From Phycisphaerales bacterium (GTDB lineage: Bacteria; Planctomycetota; Phycisphaerae; SM23-33): DNA of 46,546 bases. Shown one piece after another: positions 16,201 through 24,429 of the stretch (positions within the stretch are counted from its first letter, which is position 1; each line of letters starts with the position of its first letter). The position numbers and the translations under genes are program-made. The notes beneath the pieces were generated by a model. That model made no database searches, was not told the DNA's origin, and saw only the letters and a program-made list of their open reading frames with translations. The stretch is from positions 1-46,546 of the forward strand of contig JABGPF010000005.1 of assembly GCA_018645065.1 (NCBI GenBank), read 5' to 3'.

Positions 16201-18232
16201 ACTGCTTTCCATTTTGTGTGTGTCTTTGGCTCTGGCTCTGGTTTTGGGCGGATGCGAAGAGCAAGGTTCCTCTGCCCAACGCACGGCGGAGGCTATCAGA
16301 GAGACGTTGATCATCACCAATACAGAGGCCGGGACCGTAGAGGCCGAGGAAAAGGTTGTTGTCGCCAACGAGCTGAAGTTTTCCGTGATCATCAAGAAGG
16401 TCGTTGAAGAAGGCACGGTGGTTAAAGAGGGCGATCTTATCGTCGAGTTCGAGTGCAAGAACCTCGAAGACGCTATCGACGCCAAGGAACTGACGATCAA
16501 CAACGCCGAACTGGCGCTCGAACAGGCCAATAAGCAATTGCTTATCATGGAGAAACAGCAGGCAATCAGCCTGGAACAATCGAAAAACGCCCTGAAGGAC
16601 GCCGAGGAAAACCAGAAGCTTTATAACGATCAATCCAAGACCCTGCTGGCTCAGGCGAAAGAGACTCTGAAGCGGGCTGAAGAACTCCTGGTGAGATTCA
16701 ACTCCAAAGGCGGGCAGAAGGAAAACGATCTGAGAGACGCCGACATTGCGATAACAATGGGCGAGAAACAGGTCAAAATCGCACAGGAAAAACTGGAGTT
16801 CAAAAAAAGCGTTAATAAAGATCCCAAGCTGAACAAGCCCTACAGTGAGAGCGAAATCGAATCGGATGAACTCAGCCTCGAAACCCTCAAGAACTCGCTG
16901 ATCAAAGCGATCGCCACGAAAAAGCTGTTGATCAAGTATGCGATCCCGCAGTTGACCCGGCAGTATGAGGAAGATATACGACAGGCCAAAGAAGATCTGA
17001 AGATCCTGGAGACTCACACGATCGTTCAGACTATGCGCAAAAACGCAACGGCGCTCAAGGAATCCCAGCTGAAACTCGAACAGGCCAAACTCGGGCAGGA
17101 AGCTGAGCTGAAGTGGAAAAAACAGGAAATCAAGGGCCTGGAAAAAGCGCTTGATGAACACAAAGAACAAATGGGCGAACTCAGGGAAGACGAGGACAAG
17201 CTAACGGTTACCGCAGAACGCGCCGGTCTGGTGCTCTACGATCCCGGTTGGAAGGGCGAGGGGCAGAGAATCCAGATCAAGGAGGGCGAGACGGTTCACC
17301 CCAGGCAAAAGCTCATGCAGATACCCGACATGACAACGCTTCGAATTCAAACGATGATCTTCGAGGCTTTCAGAGAGTATGTGACTGTTGAGCAAGACGA
17401 TACGCCCGCGACAACGAAGATCGGCACGTATATCGGAAAGGCTGTAAAGAGCCTTATGATCAGGGCGAAGTTGAGCCAATGGCCGAAGGAAAAAATCCAG
17501 GCCAAGTACCTCAAAATCAAAGAAGATGAAATCATCCCCAGAATTACAAAAGCCATCCGCGCCGGAAGAATGACAAAGAAAGACGCGAAGGCCTTTTATC
17601 GCGGTATCGAAGAAAACGAAACCAAAATGTCGCTGACGCCCACCGCCCCAGCCGGTAACGCCAAGCCCGTAACCATCGATTGGAACCGGATTCCCGATAC
17701 GCCTGCAAAGGCGCTCGCCGCCAGTAAGCCGGGAGATAACATAGGCACGCGAGCGTTGGTCGTACTTGATTCGTTTGCGAAGAAAACGCAGATCCCCGGG
17801 CGGGTTGTGGAGTCATCACCCTTGCCCAAGAGCACAGGTCCGCACTGGCTGAAAACTGGGACCAAGGCGTACGATCTTCATGTCGGAGTTGACTGGGAGA
17901 AATATGGATTAACGCCCGGTGAGAACCTCAGGCCCGGTATGGGCGGCAAGGTCACGCTGGTGCTCGATGAAATCGAAAACGCTCTGACAGTGCCCGTGCT
18001 TTCGGTGTACAACAAGAAGGATCGGTATTACTGCAAGAAGATGACGGGCGGTTCGCCGGTGGAAACTGAGATTGAAATCGGCAAGATGAACGAGAGCAGA
18101 GTGCAGATCCTTTCCGGACTCGCCGAGGGCGATAAGGTGCTTCTGGTCGCCAAATCCGATGAAGGCGGTAATGGGGAGGATGAGGACAAAGATGGCGAGG
18201 CTTCCGGCGGTGGGGCGAGGGCGAGCGAATAG
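16190..18232 (+). CDS. HlyD/MacA-type periplasmic adaptor lipoprotein with an unusually long coiled-coil and an internal insertion
   Basis: The ATG at 16190 gives MINKLLSILCVSLALALVLGGC (lipobox) and overlaps the tolC 3' end by 11 nt. The lipoyl-like segment is VKEGDLIVEF. About 250 aa of heptad-rich sequence follow, then beta-barrel/MPD-like segments (GLVLYDPG..., GGKVTLVLDEIENALTVPVLSV). At 680 aa it is about twice the length I recall for typical MacA-type adaptors. Confidence 0.8.
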   Translation: MINKLLSILCVSLALALVLGGCEEQGSSAQRTAEAIRETLIITNTEAGTVEAEEKVVVANELKFSVIIKKVVEEGTVVKEGDLIVEFECKNLEDAIDAKELTINNAELALEQANKQLLIMEKQQAISLEQSKNALKDAEENQKLYNDQSKTLLAQAKETLKRAEELLVRFNSKGGQKENDLRDADIAITMGEKQVKIAQEKLEFKKSVNKDPKLNKPYSESEIESDELSLETLKNSLIKAIATKKLLIKYAIPQLTRQYEEDIRQAKEDLKILETHTIVQTMRKNATALKESQLKLEQAKLGQEAELKWKKQEIKGLEKALDEHKEQMGELREDEDKLTVTAERAGLVLYDPGWKGEGQRIQIKEGETVHPRQKLMQIPDMTTLRIQTMIFEAFREYVTVEQDDTPATTKIGTYIGKAVKSLMIRAKLSQWPKEKIQAKYLKIKEDEIIPRITKAIRAGRMTKKDAKAFYRGIEENETKMSLTPTAPAGNAKPVTIDWNRIPDTPAKALAASKPGDNIGTRALVVLDSFAKKTQIPGRVVESSPLPKSTGPHWLKTGTKAYDLHVGVDWEKYGLTPGENLRPGMGGKVTLVLDEIENALTVPVLSVYNKKDRYYCKKMTGGSPVETEIEIGKMNESRVQILSGLAEGDKVLLVAKSDEGGNGEDEDKDGEASGGGARASE

Positions 18233-18940
18233 ATGAAACCGGTTATTCATCTTGAATCGGTGACCAAGACCTACCATGTGGGTGTTGGTGTAACTGCTCT
18301 GGACAATGTTGACCTGGTTGTCCCGGAGGGGCAGTATCTCGCCATTATGGGCTCCAGCGGATCGGGTAAGAGCACTATGCTGAATCTCCTGGGTTGCCTG
18401 GATCGACCCAGCTTGGGCAAGTACTATCTTGGCGGTGATGATGTCTCGACCTTGACTGACAATCAGCTTTCGGAGATTCGCAATACGCGCCTTGGTTTTG
18501 TATTCCAGTCGTTTAATCTCATCCCCTGGATGACTGTGACCCAGAATATCGAGATGCCCCTGTTTTACAAGGGCGTTCATCGGCGTCAGCGTCGCATGAA
18601 AAGCGCTGAACTTGGCGAAATGGTTGGTCTGGGCGATCGTCTGGAGCATCGACCACCGCAGTTGTCAGGCGGGCAGATGCAGCGAGTTGCGATCGCAAGG
18701 GCGTTGTCGAATGATCCGATGGTTCTCCTTGCCGATGAGCCTACGGGCAATCTCGATACCCAGACTGGTGAAGAGATTATGGGCGTGTTTGCAGATCTGA
18801 ACCAGCGCGGCAGAACTATCCTGATGGTTACGCACGAGCCTCCCATCGCGGCGCATGCGGATCGCGTAATTTCGCTTAGGGACGGTCGAGTCGAATCGGA
18901 CGTTTCGGATTATTACCTGAGGGATGAATCTCATGGGTAA
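18233..18940 (+). CDS. ABC transporter ATP-binding protein, MacB/LolD family
   Basis: Walker A is GSSGSGKST, the Q-loop context is FVFQSFNL, the signature is LSGGQMQRVAIARAL and Walker B is LLADEPTGNLD. The ATG directly follows the adaptor's stop codon. Confidence 0.92.
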   Translation: MKPVIHLESVTKTYHVGVGVTALDNVDLVVPEGQYLAIMGSSGSGKSTMLNLLGCLDRPSLGKYYLGGDDVSTLTDNQLSEIRNTRLGFVFQSFNLIPWMTVTQNIEMPLFYKGVHRRQRRMKSAELGEMVGLGDRLEHRPPQLSGGQMQRVAIARALSNDPMVLLADEPTGNLDTQTGEEIMGVFADLNQRGRTILMVTHEPPIAAHADRVISLRDGRVESDVSDYYLRDESHG

Positions 18941-20198
18941 ACTGTTCGACATTATCCTCCTGGCGTTGCATAGCCTTTCGGTGCATCTTGTCCGTTCGGC
19001 GCTGACTATGCTTGGAATAGTATTCGGCGTGTGCAGCGTCACCGCGATGCTTGCGATCCAAACCGGAGCCAGTAAGGAGTCCCAGGAGAAACTGAGCGTT
19101 CTCGGTAGTAACAATGTGATCATGAACTCGATAGAGCCGGCCCAGGAGACAACCAGGGACGGTGGTGGGCATCATGGTATGTCGATGAAGAAGTTCGGGA
19201 TAACATATAAGGACCTCAAGTGCATTGTCGAAAATGTCCCCGGCGTGTTGGACTACGCCACGGTGCATAATGTTAAGGTGCGATATTACTGCCCCGAAGA
19301 CCGCAACCGATTGTCGCTGGTAATGGGAGTCACGCCGAATTATGCGGACATACTCAATCTTCGCATATCTTCGGGCAGATTTATCAGTGCGGTGGACATG
19401 CTCCACATGAAGCCGTATTGCGTGATCACACAGACGCTGGCTCGAACAGCGTTTAAATGCCTGAACCCCGTCGGGAGAACGCTAAAACTGAAGGGCCAGC
19501 CTTTCGAGATTATCGGCGTTATCGACTACATACCGTCCAAACTCGGGATCAGCGAGGAAGATATACCAGTATTCATCCCCAAGACCACAAAAGAGGGCAA
19601 ATTCGGGCAAGTGAATGTCAACTGGTACGACGGTAAAATGACCTCGGAGGATGTACAGGTCGATCAGTTGATTCTCAAAATGAAAGATGAATCGACGGTT
19701 CTTACCGGGGCGCCGGTAGTCAGATCAATCATGGAGAAAAATCACGATAAGCTCGAATACGCTATCATGATTCCCCTGAAACTAATCCAAGCCAAAGCCG
19801 CCCAGCAACGCATATGGGACATGATCTTCTTCGCCATCGCATCGATCTCTCTGATCGTAGGCGGTATTGGGATCATGAATATCATGCTCGCCAGCGTTAC
19901 CGAACGAACGAGAGAAATTGGCGTTCGACGCGCCCTGGGAGCCAAGAAGCGGGACATTATCATACAGTTCCTTTTCGAGGCGATGACGATGACGACACTC
20001 GGAGGATTGATCGGCGTGATCATCGGTTACTTCGTCCCACCGCTGCTGAAAGACGTGGTGAACGTCACGCCTATCGTCTCGGTCCCGATGCTGATAGGCC
20101 CGTTCCTGATGGCTGTGGCGGTTGGCGTAATCAGCGGACTCTACCCAGCTCGAAGAGCAGCAGCCCTCGACCCCATAGAAGCCCTACGCCACGAGTAA
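18924..20198 (+). CDS. ABC transporter permease, FtsX/MacB-type with a periplasmic domain
   Basis: 424-aa ORF with an N-terminal TM helix, a roughly 250-aa periplasmic domain and a C-terminal FtsX block (ISLIVGGIGIMNIMLASVTERTREIGVRRALGAKKRDI). It overlaps the ATPase gene. An alternative ATG lies at 18933. Confidence 0.9.
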   Translation: MNLMGKLFDIILLALHSLSVHLVRSALTMLGIVFGVCSVTAMLAIQTGASKESQEKLSVLGSNNVIMNSIEPAQETTRDGGGHHGMSMKKFGITYKDLKCIVENVPGVLDYATVHNVKVRYYCPEDRNRLSLVMGVTPNYADILNLRISSGRFISAVDMLHMKPYCVITQTLARTAFKCLNPVGRTLKLKGQPFEIIGVIDYIPSKLGISEEDIPVFIPKTTKEGKFGQVNVNWYDGKMTSEDVQVDQLILKMKDESTVLTGAPVVRSIMEKNHDKLEYAIMIPLKLIQAKAAQQRIWDMIFFAIASISLIVGGIGIMNIMLASVTERTREIGVRRALGAKKRDIIIQFLFEAMTMTTLGGLIGVIIGYFVPPLLKDVVNVTPIVSVPMLIGPFLMAVAVGVISGLYPARRAAALDPIEALRHE

Positions 20199-20220
20199 AA
20201 CATCGCAAATCGATCTGCGT

Positions 20221-21099
20221 TTACTTCTGGAAGATTCCGCCGATTTCGAACGGTATGGTTTTTACCGATGATTCGGTGACTACCGTTATCTCCAACTCAG
20301 CCGGTTCGCCCTTGCCTGTAAGAGTGAATTCTGCGATGACGTTGCCTTTCAGACTCAGCGGATCGCCTTCGTTTATTCTGCCTACACCGATTGTCTTACC
20401 GCTTGAATCGACGGCTTTGATAACTTCGATGAAGGGACCCCTGGGACCCGCTTCTCGGCGCAGGCATGCGATCTCGACGTAAAGTTCACGCTTGGAGTTT
20501 ATTCGCATCGTTGAAACACGAGCCTTCAGGCCGGTGGCAAGTTCGCGGGATGTCTGCGAGACCGTGGCTGGTATTGTTTTTGTGTCGCGGGCCGAAGCGA
20601 TGACTACCGCCAGGACGGTTTCCAGACGGGCGATTCGGAAGGGATTGGTTATCAATTCCAGCTTGTCGACTTTAACTTCAGCTACTCGCAGAGTCTTGCC
20701 AAGGTGCAGGATAGGGGTGAACGTGCCGGTTTTGTATGTCTTTTTCGTGCGTCCGGATCGGGCTTTTGCGGGTTTGATTATGTTGGCGCCCCGGTCTGTC
20801 AGGGCTTTGAGCACTTTAATTTTCTCGGTTATCAGGACGCCGTCAACGTCGTCGGGCATCTTGCAGGATGCGTCTATGTTCAGCGTGTAGGTCGATGCTT
20901 TTCTGGGTGTCGGGCTGAGTTCGACGTTGCATTTCGACTCAAAACTGGTGACTTTGAGTTTGTAACCGTAGGTGTCAATTATTTTACCGCGTGCTTCAAT
21001 GGCTTTGCGGATTGCCTTTTCGTCGGCGTTTAGAAACGCTGCGATTGTCGAGAGCATGAGTAGAAGAACGATTGCGATCCATTTTTTTGTGATGATCAT
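20221..21099 (-). CDS. Secreted hypothetical protein
   Basis: 292-aa ORF with a signal peptide (MIITKKWIAIVLLLMLSTIAAFLNA). A gaggag RBS lies in the 34-nt gap after ymdB. I recognised no family. Confidence 0.65.
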   Translation of the reverse strand: MIITKKWIAIVLLLMLSTIAAFLNADEKAIRKAIEARGKIIDTYGYKLKVTSFESKCNVELSPTPRKASTYTLNIDASCKMPDDVDGVLITEKIKVLKALTDRGANIIKPAKARSGRTKKTYKTGTFTPILHLGKTLRVAEVKVDKLELITNPFRIARLETVLAVVIASARDTKTIPATVSQTSRELATGLKARVSTMRINSKRELYVEIACLRREAGPRGPFIEVIKAVDSSGKTIGVGRINEGDPLSLKGNVIAEFTLTGKGEPAELEITVVTESSVKTIPFEIGGIFQK

Positions 21100-21133
21100 G
21101 TGTAAGTCTCCTCGACCGCTCGGTCGACTCGGG

Positions 21134-21949
21134 TTACATATCGTCTAAATCGTCATGGTTTTCATGGCGAACTTCGATGCGTTTAATGGAGTTTGCTCTA
21201 CCGGTGTTCGGATCCACCGAAACGAGCACCGATGATATTCTTACGTCTTCCGAAGCCACTTCAAAACGAACCGGCATGGACGTGGTCAGCGCCGTCAGGA
21301 CGCGGTCTTTTCGTCTGCCCAGAACGCTGTCGTAAGGTCCGGTCATTCCCAGGTCGCTCACATGCGCGGTGCCCATGGGCAGTACGCGGTAGTCGGCTGT
21401 TGGTATGTGCGTGTGGGTTCCAAATACGATGCTCGCTCGCCCGTCGAGGTGCCATCCCATCGCGATTTTCTCGCTGGAGGCTTCTGCGTGGAAGTCGACA
21501 ACGCGGACCTTCACGTCTGCGGGGATTGCAGCCATTACTCGATCGGCTGCGTCCCAGGGCGAATCGTTGGATCCCATGTACATTTGGCCCAGGAAGCAGG
21601 CCACGGCGACTTTCACGTCGCCTGATTTAGTGGGCACGACGGTCCAGGTTTTTCCCGCAGCCCTTGCCGACAGATTCGCCGGGCGAACTATCCGCTCAGA
21701 TGTTCGCAAAGTCGTCATGATATCGCTTTTGCGGTACACGTGATCTCCGAGCGTCATCACGTCTACACCGTAATTCAGGAGCTTCCGGAAAATCTGGGGC
21801 GTCAACCCGCTCCCGCCTGCCGCGTTTTCAGGGTTGCACACAACAAGGTCTATGTTGTGCTCGATAATCATATTGCCCAGATGATCGGCAAGCACGGTCC
21901 GACCGGGCTTTCCGACAACATCACCGATACAAAGTATATTTATTGACAT
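21134..21949 (-). CDS. ymdB: YmdB-family metallophosphoesterase (TIGR00282-type 2',3'-cyclic-nucleotide phosphodiesterase)
   Basis: The N-terminus MSINILCIGDVVGKPGR...DLVVCNPENAAGGSGLT...GVDVMTLGDHVY is the characteristic YmdB motif set. The later motif is DFHAEASSEK...GTHTHIPTAD. Confidence 0.9.
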   Translation of the reverse strand: MSINILCIGDVVGKPGRTVLADHLGNMIIEHNIDLVVCNPENAAGGSGLTPQIFRKLLNYGVDVMTLGDHVYRKSDIMTTLRTSERIVRPANLSARAAGKTWTVVPTKSGDVKVAVACFLGQMYMGSNDSPWDAADRVMAAIPADVKVRVVDFHAEASSEKIAMGWHLDGRASIVFGTHTHIPTADYRVLPMGTAHVSDLGMTGPYDSVLGRRKDRVLTALTTSMPVRFEVASEDVRISSVLVSVDPNTGRANSIKRIEVRHENHDDLDDM

Positions 21950-22030
21950 TCAGTGTCCATTTCCACCCCCCGCGTCGCGACATTATATCGCATGACGCCG
22001 CAGCGTGTTAGGCAAAAGATAAACGGCTTG

Positions 22031-22222
22031 GCAATTGGTCCCGATGTACATCGGGAGCGAACGTCAACGGTGAACGCGTCACGACTTTGTCGTGATGAGG
22101 GCCGACATACTGTCGACCGCTAAACGGTAGTGCGAAGCGTTGGTCATTATCTCGTTACGCCGTTGCTGTTGTCGTTAAATTCCAAACCTGCCTGCCGGCA
22201 GGCAGGTCCCAAATTCCAAATT
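22031..22222. repeat. Composite intergenic hairpin-repeat patch (copy A), containing an inverted copy of the core of the 36600-36771 element
   Basis: The patch contains ggcaattgg and a perfect 16-bp palindrome cccgatgtacatcggg (22040-22055). A 65-nt core at 22076-22140 matches the reverse complement of 36666-36730 at 62 of 65 positions. Next come a GTTGYY short-period tract, aaattccaaa and a perfect 20-bp palindrome cctgcctgccggcaggcagg (22187-22206). The patch ends with tcccaaattccaaatt. Confidence 0.75.
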
Positions 22223-22376
22223 ATTGATTCTAAATTATTTCTTCCATAGTTATATAACGCAGAACGGTGGTGCTCCATTGCAATTGCGGGCTCTAGGTTG
22301 GTACTATAATGGTCTGTCACCCAGGCTTGCGGTTTGGGGCGAATGAAATCGGGCTGACTACGCCCATGGAGCCAAG

Positions 22377-22697
22377 ATGATGATCCAGTGCAGCGAATGT
22401 GAATTCTTTCAACGTAGCGAGAGCGGCGAGATATCTTTTTTGTGCGATCCGTTCGGGACGATCAGGGAACCCGAATGCCTCCAGAAATGGCAACTGATCA
22501 AGATTAACCAGATGGTCGCAGGATACCAGTCCACGCTGCAATACTACCAGAAACTTGCTCCCATGCAGGAAAAGATGTTCGACTACATGGAGCATGAGAT
22601 GGACAGCATGAACGAAGCCGATAAGTGGAAGGTCGACGATGATGACGAAGAAGAACAAGAAGACTGGGGCCTTCCCGCCGATGACGATATTATTTAA
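22377..22697 (+). CDS. Small Cys-motif (zinc-ribbon-like) protein with a poly-acidic C-terminal tail; hypothetical
   Basis: 106-aa ORF with a ggag RBS 8 nt upstream and a TATAAT at 22305-22310. It carries CSEC near the N-terminus plus two further Cys. The tail is DDDDEEEQEDWGLPADDDII. Confidence 0.6.
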   Translation: MMIQCSECEFFQRSESGEISFLCDPFGTIREPECLQKWQLIKINQMVAGYQSTLQYYQKLAPMQEKMFDYMEHEMDSMNEADKWKVDDDDEEEQEDWGLPADDDII

Positions 22698-22722
22698 TCG
22701 TCGGGCCCGTCGGTCTTGATCG

Positions 22723-24429
22723 TTATGCCTCCGCCGCTGGACCCTGCCCATCGTCCTGTAGATCGTCGATTGGTGCTCGCTGCTTTTCGACGACTACTGT
22801 TCGGGCCATTATGTCGCCCAGACGTTGACGCGTTCGGTTCATCAGTGGGATCGCCACTGTGAAAATACAAATCGGCCATTGAATTTCAATCGGTTTGATC
22901 AGGTTTCGCAGTATCGCCTGCCGTGCGGTGGGGCGCGTGCCATCGGCAGAAGTTACTTCCAATCGCAGAAGCATCTTACCCAGAGTGGCGCCGAATCGGC
23001 ATTCCATTATGGCGCCGTATATTATCCAGGCGATCATGGCGGCCACCATATACAGAAGCATCTCGACCTGGAAGTTTTCCTGGTTGGTGGGCATCATCGC
23101 TGATGCGATTTCCTCTATCGTCATGTCCTGGTGGGTGTACTTGATGGCGATGAGACCAAGAACTGAGAACGGAATCCAGTCAACAAGCATCGCCGCAAAA
23201 CGTTTCGGGAGGGATCCTGGGATGAATCTCGCCGGTAGGATCATCGGTCCGATCTGTTGTTTTCGCGGGCTGAACAGAATATACCCCAGCAGCAGGGCGG
23301 TTATTCCCAGCAGGACATATTCGATGATTATATTCTGGTCAAGGGATGAGTTTTCTGCTGTAAGCTCGGGCACTTCCTCGCGTTGTACGACTTCGCCGCT
23401 TAGATTAACAAAGGCGCAGTGATATTTTTCCGCATCTTTCCAGAGCAGTATGAGTTGGCTTTCGGATGTCTTGCCCAGGCTGCATGTAAGCGGGGCGGTC
23501 CCGAGCGGAAGGTCCAGAGGAGCACCTTGGTGGGTAATAGTCTGCGGCTGGCTTGTTAGCGTATCGCCCTTGATTTCGTGTATCGCAAGATTGATTTTAT
23601 CTGCTTGACCGGTGGTCACCAGCACCGCTCTACCGCTAAGCACGCTGAGGGCCAGCGGTGTCTGCGTTTTGTCGGTAAACGTGATGTCTTTCCACGCCGA
23701 TTTCTCGTTCTTCGCCTCCCAGGCCAGAAGGCGGGCCGGGGCGTCTTTGGGAACTACGAGTATATAAATCCACTGGCCCGTCGATATCGCTGAGATTTTG
23801 GCTCCAGTTGCGCCGGGTACGTTGGCGATCTCGCTGATTTGGGTCCACTTGCCTTTATCGGTTTTCAGAATGAGGAGTTTCGAGAACTTACCGGCCGGTT
23901 GACTGGCCGCAGTGGTGGTCGAAATCTTGTCGCTCTCGCTGGGGACTACCGCAATTAAACCAAGTGCATCCGACTTGTCGCCCGAGGCGTTAGTCGTGCA
24001 GATCGCGGTGGGGGGACTGCCCAGTTTCCACTGCGGACCGGGAGCCATGTGGAGAATTTGCTGCATATTGCTCGAAAGCGAAAATGCCGTGCTGTTGGGA
24101 TTTGGTGCTGCGGTGATCAGATGCAGGCGTGTGTCGGTTGCGGCGATCGAGGCGGGGGTTCCGGAGAATCGCTGCAGCGTGCGCCATTTTCCACCGGGTC
24201 GCCGGACTACCAGAGCGAACTTGTCGTCTGTTTCGCCCTTTTCATTTTTTTCGCCCTCGGCGGCGCGAACCACCCATAAAGCATCCTCGGCGCCGGTTAT
24301 AAGCAGGCGAACAGGTTTCTTCGCGACGTCGTCGGCTTTCGAGCCCCAAGCCGCGCATGGCGCCAGAACTGCGACGAACGCCAGGGTGAACAGAGCGACT
24401 AACCGTCGATTTAGGAGCGATGGCTTCAT
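22723..24429 (-). CDS. RDD-family membrane protein with a large N-terminal periplasmic domain
   Basis: I chose the ATG at 24429 (MKPSLLNRRLVALFTLAFVAVLAPCAAWG) because it overlaps the upstream stop as ATGA. The C-terminal RDD block is KRFAAMLVDWIPFSVLG...CRFGATLGKMLLRLEV...RQRLGDIMARTVVV. The track start at 24540 overlaps the upstream gene. Confidence 0.75.
   Translation of the reverse strand: MKPSLLNRRLVALFTLAFVAVLAPCAAWGSKADDVAKKPVRLLITGAEDALWVVRAAEGEKNEKGETDDKFALVVRRPGGKWRTLQRFSGTPASIAATDTRLHLITAAPNPNSTAFSLSSNMQQILHMAPGPQWKLGSPPTAICTTNASGDKSDALGLIAVVPSESDKISTTTAASQPAGKFSKLLILKTDKGKWTQISEIANVPGATGAKISAISTGQWIYILVVPKDAPARLLAWEAKNEKSAWKDITFTDKTQTPLALSVLSGRAVLVTTGQADKINLAIHEIKGDTLTSQPQTITHQGAPLDLPLGTAPLTCSLGKTSESQLILLWKDAEKYHCAFVNLSGEVVQREEVPELTAENSSLDQNIIIEYVLLGITALLLGYILFSPRKQQIGPMILPARFIPGSLPKRFAAMLVDWIPFSVLGLIAIKYTHQDMTIEEIASAMMPTNQENFQVEMLLYMVAAMIAWIIYGAIMECRFGATLGKMLLRLEVTSADGTRPTARQAILRNLIKPIEIQWPICIFTVAIPLMNRTRQRLGDIMARTVVVEKQRAPIDDLQDDGQGPAAEA

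Noticed and set aside
16064-17170. 368-aa ORF antisense to the adaptor coiled-coil region
   Set aside because: Its Phe/Leu-rich product is the mirror image of the Lys/Glu-rich GAA/AAG codons of a genuine coiled-coil. It has no RBS or signal features and is fully embedded in a gene with clear operon context.
19814-20482. 222-aa plus-strand ORF spanning the permease 3' end and the convergent hypothetical gene
   Set aside because: It is out of frame with the FtsX permease, whose conserved C-terminal block is intact. It is antisense to the signal-peptide protein at 20221-21099 and has Arg-rich junk composition.
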